Source: Bacteroidota bacterium
Lineage (GTDB): Bacteria > Bacteroidota > Bacteroidia > UBA10329
Length of the DNA stretch: 54,201 nucleotides
Reading direction: 5' to 3'
Assembly: GCA_046047575.1 (NCBI GenBank)
Contig: JBJOHR010000074.1
Coordinates: forward strand, 1-54,201
The translations under genes and the position numbers were made by a program. Positions 9,335 to 18,822 of the stretch are shown in pieces (position 1 is the stretch's first letter; each line of letters begins with the position of its first letter). The notes under the pieces were generated by a model, which saw only the letters and a program-made list of their open reading frames with translations, was not told where the DNA came from and did no database searches.

Positions 9335-9413
9335 TTGTCCTCCTATTTATTGGGTTAAGTAGATTAGTTATTTAGGGTATTAGTGAATTAGTTCGTATTG
9401 GGTCTTGTGGTTA

Positions 9414-10799
9414 TCAGTCAATTCCTTCGTTCATCCATTTCTCAATCTTTCTACCGAAGTTTCTAAGCCCGGAAAAGGGGCTGCTTCCGCTTTTCTCTTC
9501 GGCCACTTCGCGCGCCACTTCTTCTGCCTGGGAGATGGGTTGTTCCTCAACCGGTTCTTCTTTTTTCGGAGCCGTTTTGGGTACGGTTGATGGTTCGCGG
9601 CCCATTGCCCAATCTTCAATGGTGAGCCCTTTGGCAGCCTGCTCATCTTTGAATTCAAGACCTTTCATGACCAGGCCAACGCCTGTTGAGAAGATCGGAC
9701 TGGTAACGTCTTCCGGATTTCCCGGGGCCAGATGTTCGTTCGGATAACCTACGCGTACATCCATTCCGGTAATGTATTCCATAAGTTGTGGCAAGTGGCG
9801 GAGATTGGCGCCACCACCCGTGACCACAATACCGCCTATGAGTTTTTTCTCGTAGCCAGAGTTCTTGATCTCGTAGTAAACGTGTTCAATGATCTCTTCC
9901 ATTCGGGCCTGAATAATGCTGGCCAGATTTTTCAGGCTGATCTCGCGTGGTTCGCGGCCGCGCAATCCTGGAATGGAAACGATCTCGTTGTCTTTTGCCT
10001 CTGTTGCCAGAGCCGAACCGAATTTCACCTTCAACAATTCAGCCTGATGCTTGATGATGGTACAGCCTTCTTTGATGTCTTCGGTGATGATGTTGCCACC
10101 GAATGGGATCACTGCCGTGTGGCGGATGATCTTGTCTTGGAAGATGGCGATGTCTGTTGTTCCACCACCAATGTCAATCAATGCAACTCCTGCTTCTTTC
10201 TCTTCTTCACTAAGCACCGCAGCCGCTGAAGCAAGCGGTTCCAGAACCAGTTCGGTCACCGCAAGGCCTGCCTTGTACGCGCAACGGTGAATGTTCTTGG
10301 CAGCCGCTATTTGCCCCGTGATGATGTGGAAGTTGGCCTCCAATCGGATGCCGCTCATGCCAACAGGTTCTTTGATGCCCGGCTCATTATCTACGATGTA
10401 ATCCTGCGGCAACACATGAATGATCTCTTCGCCCGGTAGCATCTGCAATTTGTACATGTCGCGGATCAGGTTGCGCACATCTTCCTTGCTGATCTCCTCT
10501 TCCAGCGAATCCCGCATGTAGATACCGCGGTTCTGTAGCGATTTGATGTGCTGACCTGCAATGCCCACATTCACATACTTTATGTCGACACCGGTCTTGT
10601 TCTTGGCCTCTTCCACAGCCGTTTGAATGGCCTGTACGGTCTGATCGATGTTGGCCACCACACCACGGCTTACGCCCAGCGATTCGGATTTTCCGATACC
10701 CAGTATCTCGATCTTGCCGTTCGCATCACGCTTACCAACGATGCATGCGATCTTGGTGGTTCCGATATCTAGTCCTACTACGATGTCTGAATTTTCCAT
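9414..10799 (-). CDS. ftsA: Cell division protein FtsA
   Basis: Actin-like ATPase motifs (VGLDIGTTKI, DIGGGTTD) and its position between ftsQ and ftsZ. Confidence 0.95.
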   Translation of the reverse strand: MENSDIVVGLDIGTTKIACIVGKRDANGKIEILGIGKSESLGVSRGVVANIDQTVQAIQTAVEEAKNKTGVDIKYVNVGIAGQHIKSLQNRGIYMRDSLEEEISKEDVRNLIRDMYKLQMLPGEEIIHVLPQDYIVDNEPGIKEPVGMSGIRLEANFHIITGQIAAAKNIHRCAYKAGLAVTELVLEPLASAAAVLSEEEKEAGVALIDIGGGTTDIAIFQDKIIRHTAVIPFGGNIITEDIKEGCTIIKHQAELLKVKFGSALATEAKDNEIVSIPGLRGREPREISLKNLASIIQARMEEIIEHVYYEIKNSGYEKKLIGGIVVTGGGANLRHLPQLMEYITGMDVRVGYPNEHLAPGNPEDVTSPIFSTGVGLVMKGLEFKDEQAAKGLTIEDWAMGREPSTVPKTAPKKEEPVEEQPISQAEEVAREVAEEKSGSSPFSGLRNFGRKIEKWMNEGID

Positions 10800-10800
10800 T

Positions 10801-11598
10801 TTAACTGTTCTTTTTGGTGCAGATGACCTGGTCTTTGTATTTGAGGTTGATGTGGGAGTATTGGTCCCATCCGGTTTTGTTCAATCCTTTGTGGTAGAAA
10901 AGCAGCAGTTTCTTGAACTTCTGCTCCATCTTATCGGTGTGGCCGAGAAGAATGTGGTGGTCGCCAACGGTTGGAATCATTGTCAATTCGCCATTGGGTT
11001 CTACTATGATCTGCTGTATCTGCGCTCGCCAGAATTCGTCATTGCGAATGAACGTGGCGAGTTCAAACAATTCGTCCAAGCACGATATCTGTTTGAGGCT
11101 GTCGTTCATACTGGCCACATTATGGCGTTGCATAATGTATTGCCGGTCAGTGATGAAGCCGCTGGCCACTGGCACACGGGCGGTGTAATTGTCGGTGGTG
11201 GGCATAACGTTGCCTTCCCTGTCCAAATAGAATGTTTCGCCTTGCGAATTGAAGATGCGCAACACGGGGTCGCGCTGAAACACCTTGACTGCGAATATGC
11301 CGCCATGTTTGGTGAAAACTTCGGCCCTTCGTACCGATGGGTCGGCTGCTATGTGGCGTTCATAGACCGCAATGGGTATGGAACTGATGGGTTTTCCAAT
11401 GAGGCTATCGCCTTTGCTCCAGATCATTTCCAGCACATCGTCCTTGGTAACGAAGAAGTTGCCATTGCTGTGATCTACCTGAATGCTGAGTTTGGAGCAG
11501 GGCAATTTGTCCGACTCCCGTGTGCTGAATGCCAGCGACACGAACAGCCCGATAACGGCTATCAATATGAGCGTTATGTTCAGTATCCGCTTGATCAT
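10801..11598 (-). CDS. ftsQ: Cell division protein FtsQ/DivIB
   Basis: Single N-terminal TM helix followed by a POTRA-like region. Its position is between murC and ftsA, with a 4-nt overlap with murC. Confidence 0.85.
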   Translation of the reverse strand: MIKRILNITLILIAVIGLFVSLAFSTRESDKLPCSKLSIQVDHSNGNFFVTKDDVLEMIWSKGDSLIGKPISSIPIAVYERHIAADPSVRRAEVFTKHGGIFAVKVFQRDPVLRIFNSQGETFYLDREGNVMPTTDNYTARVPVASGFITDRQYIMQRHNVASMNDSLKQISCLDELFELATFIRNDEFWRAQIQQIIVEPNGELTMIPTVGDHHILLGHTDKMEQKFKKLLLFYHKGLNKTGWDQYSHINLKYKDQVICTKKNS

Positions 11599-12962
11599 GA
11601 CGCCAATTTCTTTTTGATGGGTGTTACCAACTGATCGATATCTCCGGCTCCCAAGGTGAGCAGCACATCTATATCGGTGGCATAAAGGGCATCTACGGCT
11701 CTTTGCTTGCTTACCAATTCCTTGGCTGGAATGGATATCAATTCAAGTAATGCGGAAGAAGTAACCCCTGGAATTGGTTCTTCTCTGGCCGGATAGATCT
11801 CCAAAAGTGTCACTTCATCCAATTGCGAGAGGCTGCTGGCGAATTCGTTCATGTGATCCTGTGTCCGGCTGAAAAGATGCGGTTGAAAGATCCCTTTCAC
11901 TTTTCGGCCGGGAAACAACTCGCGCACCGAACCGATGCATGCCGATAATTCGGTCGGGTGATGTGCGTAATCATCAATGTAAACCAGCTTATCGGTGTTG
12001 ATGTGAACTTCAAATCTGCGCTTTACACCTTTATAGGTGGCCAATCCATGGCGGATCTCTTGTTCGGTCAGGCCTAACTGGTCGACCGCGGCAAAGGCAG
12101 CAACAGCGTTTTCCACGTTGTGAAGCCCGGGCATTCCGAAGCTGATGTTGCGGTAAGTGGCCGATGGCGAATGAAGATTGAAACGGTAGGTGCCGGCAAC
12201 TATCGAAAGATCGGAAACGTGATAATCAGTAGCCTCAGACAGCGAATAGGTGAGAGTCCTTCTACTTGAATCAGCAAAGGGCAATCCGAATCGGTATATC
12301 AGCACGCCATTGTCTGTGATGCGTTCTGTGAATTCCACAAATGAGCGGAGCATTTCCTCAGGAGTTCCATAAATGTCGAGGTGATCAGCATCCACAGATG
12401 TTACAATGGCGATTTCAGGCGAAAGGGTCAAGAATGAACGGTCGAACTCATCGGCCTCTACCACCATGAGTTCGCTGCTTGGCGAAGTCAGCAGATTGGT
12501 GTTGTAGTTTGAGCTGATCCCGCCCAGAAAAGCATTGCAATCTTGCGAAGAACAGCGCAGTAAGTGGGCCGCAATGGAACTGGTGGTCGTTTTGCCGTGG
12601 GTGCCGGCTACAGCAAGGGTGCGGTAAGCTCTTGACAGCTCTCCTAGAACTTCCGAACGCTTCAATACCTGAAATCCGTTTTCGCGGAAGAAACAAAGTT
12701 CCGAGTGGTTTTTTGGAACTGCAGGTGTGTAGATGACCAAGGTGTTCTGGGCATTGCCAAATCCCTTTGGGATCAGATTGAGGTCGTCCGTATAATGAAT
12801 CCTTATGCCTGAGGCTTCCAGTTCTTTGGTCAGTTCGGTAGAGACACGGTCGTAGCCGGCAACAAGTTTTCCTTGCTGCGCAAAATAGCGGGCCAACGCG
12901 CTCATGCCGATCCCTCCGATCCCGAGCAGATAAACAGCTTGTATGTGGTTCAACCCTTTCAT
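11595..12962 (-). CDS. murC: UDP-N-acetylmuramate--L-alanine ligase
   Basis: LGIGGIGMSALA and GTHGKTTT Mur ligase motifs; dcw position. Confidence 0.95.
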   Translation of the reverse strand: MKGLNHIQAVYLLGIGGIGMSALARYFAQQGKLVAGYDRVSTELTKELEASGIRIHYTDDLNLIPKGFGNAQNTLVIYTPAVPKNHSELCFFRENGFQVLKRSEVLGELSRAYRTLAVAGTHGKTTTSSIAAHLLRCSSQDCNAFLGGISSNYNTNLLTSPSSELMVVEADEFDRSFLTLSPEIAIVTSVDADHLDIYGTPEEMLRSFVEFTERITDNGVLIYRFGLPFADSSRRTLTYSLSEATDYHVSDLSIVAGTYRFNLHSPSATYRNISFGMPGLHNVENAVAAFAAVDQLGLTEQEIRHGLATYKGVKRRFEVHINTDKLVYIDDYAHHPTELSACIGSVRELFPGRKVKGIFQPHLFSRTQDHMNEFASSLSQLDEVTLLEIYPAREEPIPGVTSSALLELISIPAKELVSKQRAVDALYATDIDVLLTLGAGDIDQLVTPIKKKLAS

Positions 12963-14077
12963 GCTTCGGAGGCAATTCTGAGAATTTCACGGGCTATCTG
13001 CTCATCGGCATTCGGGAGTGCCAACTTCTTAATGTTGGTACTCAGCTTTTCGCAAGCAGCCGAGTCATTCAATAAGCGAAGCGCTTCTTGGCAGGCGGCT
13101 TCTCCAGCTTTATTGTCTGGAACCAGAATGGCGGCATCGTTATCTACCAACGCCTGTGCATTTTTAGTCTGATGATCTTCTGCCGCAAACGGGAACGGAA
13201 CCAACACCGATGGTTTTCCTACAATGCACAGTTCAGAAATGGAACTCGCACCAGCACGCGACAATACCACATCGGCCACAGCGTAGGCTTGATCCATCGT
13301 GTAGATGAAATCCGACACGAAGAAGTTGGTAGCATTGGCATCTGCCACGGCTTTTTTCGCTTCGTCAATGAAGAGTTTGCCTGTTTGCCACACCACTTGC
13401 ACATCGGCAGCTTTAAAATCTTCGATGTGTGACTTTACGGCCAGATTGATGGAACGCGCGCCCAAGCTTCCACCGATCACGAGCAGCGTTTTCTTGCTTG
13501 GGTCGAGTTTGAAGGTCTTTTGTCCTTCCTCACGTTTTCCTTCCAAATTCAGAATGTCCTGACGCACCGGATTACCTGTTCGGATGAGACTTTTTGCAGG
13601 GAAGAACTTGTCCATACCATCGTAGGCCACGCAAACTTTCTTGGCCTTTTTGCCTAAAATTTTGTTGGTGATTCCTGCGTAGGAATTCTGTTCTTGGATA
13701 ACGGTGGGTATGCCTTTGGTGCTTGCCGCATACATAACAGGCCCCGAAGCAAAACCACCTACGCCTACTACCACATTCGGCTTGAATTCCTTGATGATCT
13801 TCAAGGCCTTCAGCAGGCTACCGATCAACTTGATCGGAAATGCTAGATTTTTGAGCATGTTGCTCCGATTGATGCCGGCAATGTTGAGCCCAACAATCCT
13901 ATACCCGGCAGCAGGAACCTTTTCCATTTCCATCTTGCCCAATGCACCCACGAACAGAATTTCCACATCTGATCGGAGCTTCTTCAACGCGTTGGCAATA
14001 GCAATGGCAGGGAAGATGTGTCCACCCGTTCCACCACCTGATATGATTATCCGAACCTTAGACATGTGCCAATTCAT
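12959..14077 (-). CDS. murG: Lipid II N-acetylglucosaminyltransferase MurG
   Basis: SGGGTGGHIFPA motif. An alternative ATG at 14065 (MSKVRII) is possible. Confidence 0.95.
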   Translation of the reverse strand: MNWHMSKVRIIISGGGTGGHIFPAIAIANALKKLRSDVEILFVGALGKMEMEKVPAAGYRIVGLNIAGINRSNMLKNLAFPIKLIGSLLKALKIIKEFKPNVVVGVGGFASGPVMYAASTKGIPTVIQEQNSYAGITNKILGKKAKKVCVAYDGMDKFFPAKSLIRTGNPVRQDILNLEGKREEGQKTFKLDPSKKTLLVIGGSLGARSINLAVKSHIEDFKAADVQVVWQTGKLFIDEAKKAVADANATNFFVSDFIYTMDQAYAVADVVLSRAGASSISELCIVGKPSVLVPFPFAAEDHQTKNAQALVDNDAAILVPDNKAGEAACQEALRLLNDSAACEKLSTNIKKLALPNADEQIAREILRIASEA

Positions 14078-15230
14078 TTTCAGGTTCTTTCACGGCTCGG
14101 CTAACGCTGAGTATCATTCCAATGGCAATGGAAGTGAACCAAATGGAGGTTCCTCCCATGCTGATAAGTGGCAGTGGCTGGCCCGTAACTGGGAACAGAT
14201 TTACGGCAACAGCCATGTTGATGAGCGCCTGGAAAACAAGCGCAAAGCATACACCGAACGCCAGTAGGGTTCCGAATGTGCTGGTGCCTTTGTGCGCTAT
14301 TCTCAGTCCGCGGAACAGAAGGATGAGGTACAGGAACAGGATGGCCATTCCACCAATGATCCCCCATTCTTCCAGAATAATGGCAAAGATGAAATCGGAA
14401 TACGGGTGCGGTATGAAGTTTCGCTGAGAGCTATTTCCGGGACCCACACCGGCAATACCGCCATTGGCAATGGCAATTTTAGCTTGTTCGGTCTGGTAAT
14501 TGGCATCGGCCCGTTCTGGTGTTTCCTCATTGGAAGTATAGGTTTCCAATCGCGCTTTCCACGTTCCGAAGCGGGGTAGAACTTTTTCTACCGGCACCGC
14601 GAACGATAGCAGAATGACGAAGGTTCCGGCCAAGGTTATTGCTGCAACAAGGCCGGCCAAGTATTTGAATCGTACCCGACCGATATAAAGGATGATGAGC
14701 GATGAGACGAACAGTACGGCCGAAGTAGAGAAATTGGCAGGCAGAATGAGCGCGCAGACCAGCAAAACAGGCCAAATGATGTGAAGGAATCCCTCCTTGA
14801 AATCGTCCATATTCTCCTGACGCTTAGAGAGAACCCGTGCCAAGTAGGCGATCAGGGCCACTTTGCCAAGGTCGGAGGTTTGGAATGACAGGTTGATGAT
14901 AGGCAATGTCAACCATCGGCTGGCCTCGTTGCGAGACGTTCCAGCAATGAGCGTAACGGCCAAAAGCGGAATCGAGATCCAAATGAGAATCTGAGCAATG
15001 CGCGAGAAATACTGATAAGGTACTTTATGAATGGCGTACATCATTCCCCAGCCAAGCAATATGATGGAGAAATGTTTAAGCAGATAGTATTCGGTATTGC
15101 CGCCTTGGTAACGGTATGCAAGCGTACCAGTAGAACTATAAACTGCCATTGCAGAAACAAGGGAAAGGAGAAACACCACGGCCCAAATGACCATGTCTCC
15201 TTCCAGATATTTCCGCAACAGTGAATTCAT
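14058..15230 (-). CDS. ftsW: FtsW/RodA (SEDS) family lipid II polymerase/flippase
   Basis: 10-TM SEDS protein with the PHPYSDFIFA motif; dcw position. Confidence 0.93.
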   Translation of the reverse strand: MNSLLRKYLEGDMVIWAVVFLLSLVSAMAVYSSTGTLAYRYQGGNTEYYLLKHFSIILLGWGMMYAIHKVPYQYFSRIAQILIWISIPLLAVTLIAGTSRNEASRWLTLPIINLSFQTSDLGKVALIAYLARVLSKRQENMDDFKEGFLHIIWPVLLVCALILPANFSTSAVLFVSSLIILYIGRVRFKYLAGLVAAITLAGTFVILLSFAVPVEKVLPRFGTWKARLETYTSNEETPERADANYQTEQAKIAIANGGIAGVGPGNSSQRNFIPHPYSDFIFAIILEEWGIIGGMAILFLYLILLFRGLRIAHKGTSTFGTLLAFGVCFALVFQALINMAVAVNLFPVTGQPLPLISMGGTSIWFTSIAIGMILSVSRAVKEPENELAHV

Positions 15231-15240
15231 TTTAATGAGT

Positions 15241-15268
15241 AATTAGGAATGATGAATTAGGAATTGGT
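15241..15268. repeat. Heptamer tract AATTAGG-like, downstream flank of the four-helix-bundle gene
   Basis: aattagg aatgatg aattagg aattggt. It overlaps the 4HB stop codon (15257-15259). Confidence 0.6.
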
Positions 15269-15637
15269 TTCTGATTCGGTTCCTTTCTTGTAAATGGTTT
15301 TGGTTATTGCTGATAGTATTTTCAAATTTTCCTCGCAATCCAGAAGCATGGATTCGGCCTGTTTCTCGGTCAGGTAATCCGTTGCTTTCATCAAGCGAAG
15401 CCAGTATCTGGTTTCCCGAGGTTCTTTGTAAGGTGTGTTCATCTTGGTTCCGAAGTCTTTTCGCGTCTGTCCTCCAATTGCTTCCTCCACATTTGCACCT
15501 ATCGAAGTGCCGCTTCTTAATAGTTGTTTTGATAGCACAAATTCCTTCTTCTCTTCGGTAAGATGACGATAGAGGTTCACCACCCGAACTGCAAATTCGA
15601 AGCTCTTATCTTGGATGATGTTCTCTTCTTTTCCCAT
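15257..15637 (-). CDS. Four-helix-bundle protein (23S rRNA intervening-sequence protein / Avd family)
   Basis: 126 aa. SIGANVEEA...KDF...KEPRETRYWLRL is the family signature. Confidence 0.88.
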   Translation of the reverse strand: MGKEENIIQDKSFEFAVRVVNLYRHLTEEKKEFVLSKQLLRSGTSIGANVEEAIGGQTRKDFGTKMNTPYKEPRETRYWLRLMKATDYLTEKQAESMLLDCEENLKILSAITKTIYKKGTESETNS

Positions 15638-15640
15638 CTC

Positions 15641-15675
15641 AATTACTAATTCCTCATTTCTAATTTCTAATTACC
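15641..15675. repeat. Heptamer tract, inverted complement of 15241-15268, upstream flank of the four-helix-bundle gene
   Basis: aattact aattcct catttct aatttct aattacc. It contains nCTAATT units, the reverse complement of AATTAGn, and overlaps the stop of the MurD-C ORF. Confidence 0.6.
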
Positions 15676-16219
15676 GTTTGCTTTCGATGAAAGATTTTAC
15701 CGCTTTCGTAAAGTGATTGCCACGATCCTCGTAGCTATCAAAAAGGTCGTGGCTAGAGCATGCTGGCGAAAGAATGATCTTATCTCCAGGCTGAGCCAAA
15801 GTGGCAGCGGCTTTAACAGCCTCATCGGCAGTGCTGGCTCCCACGATCACATCGGCAAAACCAAGGAAGGTTTTGAAAACTCGACTGTTCTCGCGACCAA
15901 GACAAACAATGGCCCTTACCTTGTCACCGACCAGCTCTTTCAGCATACCGTAATCCTGCCCGTCCTGAAGTCCGCCCACGATCCAAACGGCTGTTCCCTG
16001 CAACCTCTCCAGAGAATACCAGGTCAGATCCACGTTGGTGGCCTTACTGTCGTTAATGAATTCAATATCGTTCCATTTGCCGACCACCTCTTGTCTGTGT
16101 CGGGTGCTCTGCACATCCGAAACGCTTTCCTCAATGATCTGCTTCCTCAACTCAAGCAGACTATTGAACATTTCCTGATCGGTAGAAACTATCGGCTTAT
16201 TCCAGGTTTTATCTTTCAT
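15671..16219 (-). CDS. MurD C-terminal-domain-only paralog (stand-alone Mur ligase C domain, or a gene fragment)
   Basis: 182-aa intact ORF colinear with the last ~160 aa of the adjacent MurD (LLELRK, IEFINDSKATN, WIVGG, LSPAC.S.DLF..YEDRG). It lacks the N-terminal and GTNGKTT domains. Confidence 0.7.
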   Translation of the reverse strand: MKDKTWNKPIVSTDQEMFNSLLELRKQIIEESVSDVQSTRHRQEVVGKWNDIEFINDSKATNVDLTWYSLERLQGTAVWIVGGLQDGQDYGMLKELVGDKVRAIVCLGRENSRVFKTFLGFADVIVGASTADEAVKAAATLAQPGDKIILSPACSSHDLFDSYEDRGNHFTKAVKSFIESKR

Positions 16220-16240
16220 AGATGTAGGTTTTGGTCAGAT

Positions 16241-17572
16241 TTATAGAGCGCGGACAGCTGTCTTGAATTTTCTTCCACGGTCTTCGTAATTCTCAAACAG
16301 GTCGAAGCTGGCGCAAGCGGGTGAAAGCAACACGGCATCGCCTTTTTTGCCTAGATAGTAGCTGGCCTTTACTGCTTCTTCAGCCGATTGGGTGTCAACA
16401 ATGGTCTCAACGATTCCTTCAAAAGCTTTATGGATTTTCTCGTTGTCGGTTCCAAGGCAGATAATGGCTTTCACCTTATCGCGCACAAGAGATTCCACCA
16501 TTGTGTAATCATTGCCTTTATCAACACCGCCCACGATCCAGATCACTGGCTGGTTCATACACTCAAGTGCATACCAGGTGGAGTTGATGTTGGTGGCTTT
16601 GCTGTCGTTGATGAACTCGATCCCCTGAACCTTGCCAACGGATTCGAGTCGGTGTTCAACAGCGCTGAAATCGCTCAGACTTTCTCGGACAGTTTCTTTG
16701 CGAAGCTCCAAGAGGCGACCAACAATTCCCGCGGCCATTGAGTTGTAGGAATTGTGTTTGCCCTGTAGTGCAAGTTCGTGAATGGACATGTTTAGGTTTG
16801 AGTTATTGAGGTTTATGTTGAGATTTTCGTTTTCGATGTAGGCACCTTCTGCCACCGTTCCGCTCAGTGTGAAAGGGTAGCGCTTGGCAAGCATGGTTTC
16901 GGTCAGTGCTGCTGTGATGTTCGCATCCTCGTTCCAGTAGATGAATGCATCTTGCTCGGTCTGATTCTGCGTAATCCGCATTTTGGAGGCGATGTAGTTC
17001 TCCATGCTTGCGTATCGGTCTAAATGATCCGGTGTGATGTTGAGAAGTACCGCTATGTTGATGCGGCTATCGAACATGCCATCCAGTTGGAAACTGCTCA
17101 GTTCGAGCACCAGGTAGTCGAATTCCGTGTCGGCCACTTGCCACGCCAAGCTCTTGCCCACGTTGCCTGCCAACCCAGCATTGAGTCCGCCTTTGGTAAG
17201 CATGTGGTGCGTAAGCAGGGTAGTGGTCGTTTTACCGTTGGTGCCCGTAATGCCAATGGTTTTGGCATTCGTGTATTTGAGACCGAATTCAATTTCAGAC
17301 ACCACAGGAATTCCCTTGCTATGCAATGCTTGAATCAGTGGCGCAGAATCTGGAATCCCTGGGCTTTTCACCACCATATCGGCATTCAGGATCTTACCTT
17401 CCGTATGCTTGCCTTGTTCGAATTCAATACCCCAATCAGACAGATGCTGGGCGTAATTCTCCTTCAGACTGCTCTTATCAGACAGGAAAACATCGAAGCC
17501 CTTTTTCATGCCCAGATACGCTGCGCCAGCACCGCTTTCGCCACCACCTAATATGACAAGTCGTTCTGCCAC
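16241..17572 (-). CDS. murD: UDP-N-acetylmuramoylalanine--D-glutamate ligase
   Basis: Full-length 443 aa with [18 protein letters not shown] and NDSKATN motifs. Confidence 0.95.
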   Translation of the reverse strand: MAERLVILGGGESGAGAAYLGMKKGFDVFLSDKSSLKENYAQHLSDWGIEFEQGKHTEGKILNADMVVKSPGIPDSAPLIQALHSKGIPVVSEIEFGLKYTNAKTIGITGTNGKTTTTLLTHHMLTKGGLNAGLAGNVGKSLAWQVADTEFDYLVLELSSFQLDGMFDSRINIAVLLNITPDHLDRYASMENYIASKMRITQNQTEQDAFIYWNEDANITAALTETMLAKRYPFTLSGTVAEGAYIENENLNINLNNSNLNMSIHELALQGKHNSYNSMAAGIVGRLLELRKETVRESLSDFSAVEHRLESVGKVQGIEFINDSKATNINSTWYALECMNQPVIWIVGGVDKGNDYTMVESLVRDKVKAIICLGTDNEKIHKAFEGIVETIVDTQSAEEAVKASYYLGKKGDAVLLSPACASFDLFENYEDRGRKFKTAVRAL

Positions 17573-18822
17573 TATCTGAGTTTGAGGGTTACGATTGTGA
17601 GCACGGCCAGCATAATGCCTACGATCCAGAAGCGACCCACGATCTTGGCTTCGTGCATGCCTTTTTTCTGGAAGTGATGGTGAAGTGGCGACATAAGGAA
17701 GATCCTTCTGCCTTCTCCGAACTTCTTACGGGTGTATTTGAAGTAGCTTACTTGAAGCACTACCGAGAAATTCTCGATCAGGAAAATGCCGCAGAGGATC
17801 GGTATCAGGAGTTCTTTGCGGATCGCCAATGCGAACACGGCAATGATGCCACCTAGGGCCAAGCTTCCCGTGTCGCCCATGAAAACTTGAGCCGGATATT
17901 GATTGTACCACAGGAAGCCGACACATGCACCCACAAACGCGGCAATGAATATTACCAGTTCGCCCGACCCGGGTATGTACATGATATTGAGGTAATCAGC
18001 AAAAATGATGTTGCCTGAAACCCAAGCAAATGCTGCTAGCGTTACTCCCACAATGGCCGAAGTTCCCGTGGCCAAACCATCCAGACCGTCTGTTAAGTTG
18101 GCACCGTTAGAAACTGCCGTTACAATGAAAATGACAATCGGGATGAAGATCAACCAGCTCCATTTTTCTGCCTTTTCGCCTAGGAAGAAGAGTAAGGAGC
18201 TGTAGTTGAATTCGTTGTCCTTAACAAACGGGATAGTGGTTACCAGCGAATGTTCGGCCTCTGCATAAACAGGAGTCGTCTCCACCTTTACCACTTGACC
18301 GTCTACGACCGTTTCGATGGATTTCCCTCCACGCTCCAGTCGATCTTTCACAGCCACATCATCAGAGAAATAAAGGGTACATGCCACAATGGTTCCGATA
18401 CCGATCTGCCCCATGATCTTGAAGCGACCGGCAAGACCTTCTTTGTCCTTCTTGAATACCTTGATATAATCGTCTATGAACCCAATGGCACCCAACCAGA
18501 TGGTGGATACGATCATCAAGATGACGTAGACATTATGGAGCTGTGCGAAAAGCAACGTGGGAATCAGAATTGAGGAGAGGATAATGATGCCGCCCATGGT
18601 CGGTGTCCCCTGTTTTTGTATCTGTCCAGCCAGATCGAGGTCGCGAACAATCTCGCCCACTTGCTTCAGCTGAAGGAATTCGATCACCTTCTTGCCGATC
18701 AACATGGATATGATGAGCGAGGTGATGATGCTGGCCGCTGCTCGGAACGAGATGTATTGGAACACCCCAGCTCCAGGCAGGTCATAGTGTGATTCAAGGA
18801 AATCGAACAGATAGTACAGCAT
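17572..18822 (-). CDS. mraY: Phospho-N-acetylmuramoyl-pentapeptide transferase
   Basis: Polytopic protein with [10 protein letters not shown] and the HHH motif (SPLHHHF). Confidence 0.96.
   Translation of the reverse strand: MLYYLFDFLESHYDLPGAGVFQYISFRAAASIITSLIISMLIGKKVIEFLQLKQVGEIVRDLDLAGQIQKQGTPTMGGIIILSSILIPTLLFAQLHNVYVILMIVSTIWLGAIGFIDDYIKVFKKDKEGLAGRFKIMGQIGIGTIVACTLYFSDDVAVKDRLERGGKSIETVVDGQVVKVETTPVYAEAEHSLVTTIPFVKDNEFNYSSLLFFLGEKAEKWSWLIFIPIVIFIVTAVSNGANLTDGLDGLATGTSAIVGVTLAAFAWVSGNIIFADYLNIMYIPGSGELVIFIAAFVGACVGFLWYNQYPAQVFMGDTGSLALGGIIAVFALAIRKELLIPILCGIFLIENFSVVLQVSYFKYTRKKFGEGRRIFLMSPLHHHFQKKGMHEAKIVGRFWIVGIMLAVLTIVTLKLR

Noticed and set aside
10648-11634. 328-aa plus-strand ORF antisense to ftsA/ftsQ, and similar long antisense ORFs (12448-12990, 15713-16246, 17024-17551, 21536-22117, 26466-27074, 29450-29974, 42665-43195, 45082-45552)
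   Set aside because: These are shadow ORFs on the opposite strand of, or out of frame with, well-supported genes. They have no recognisable motifs, and their composition is typical of non-coding frames.
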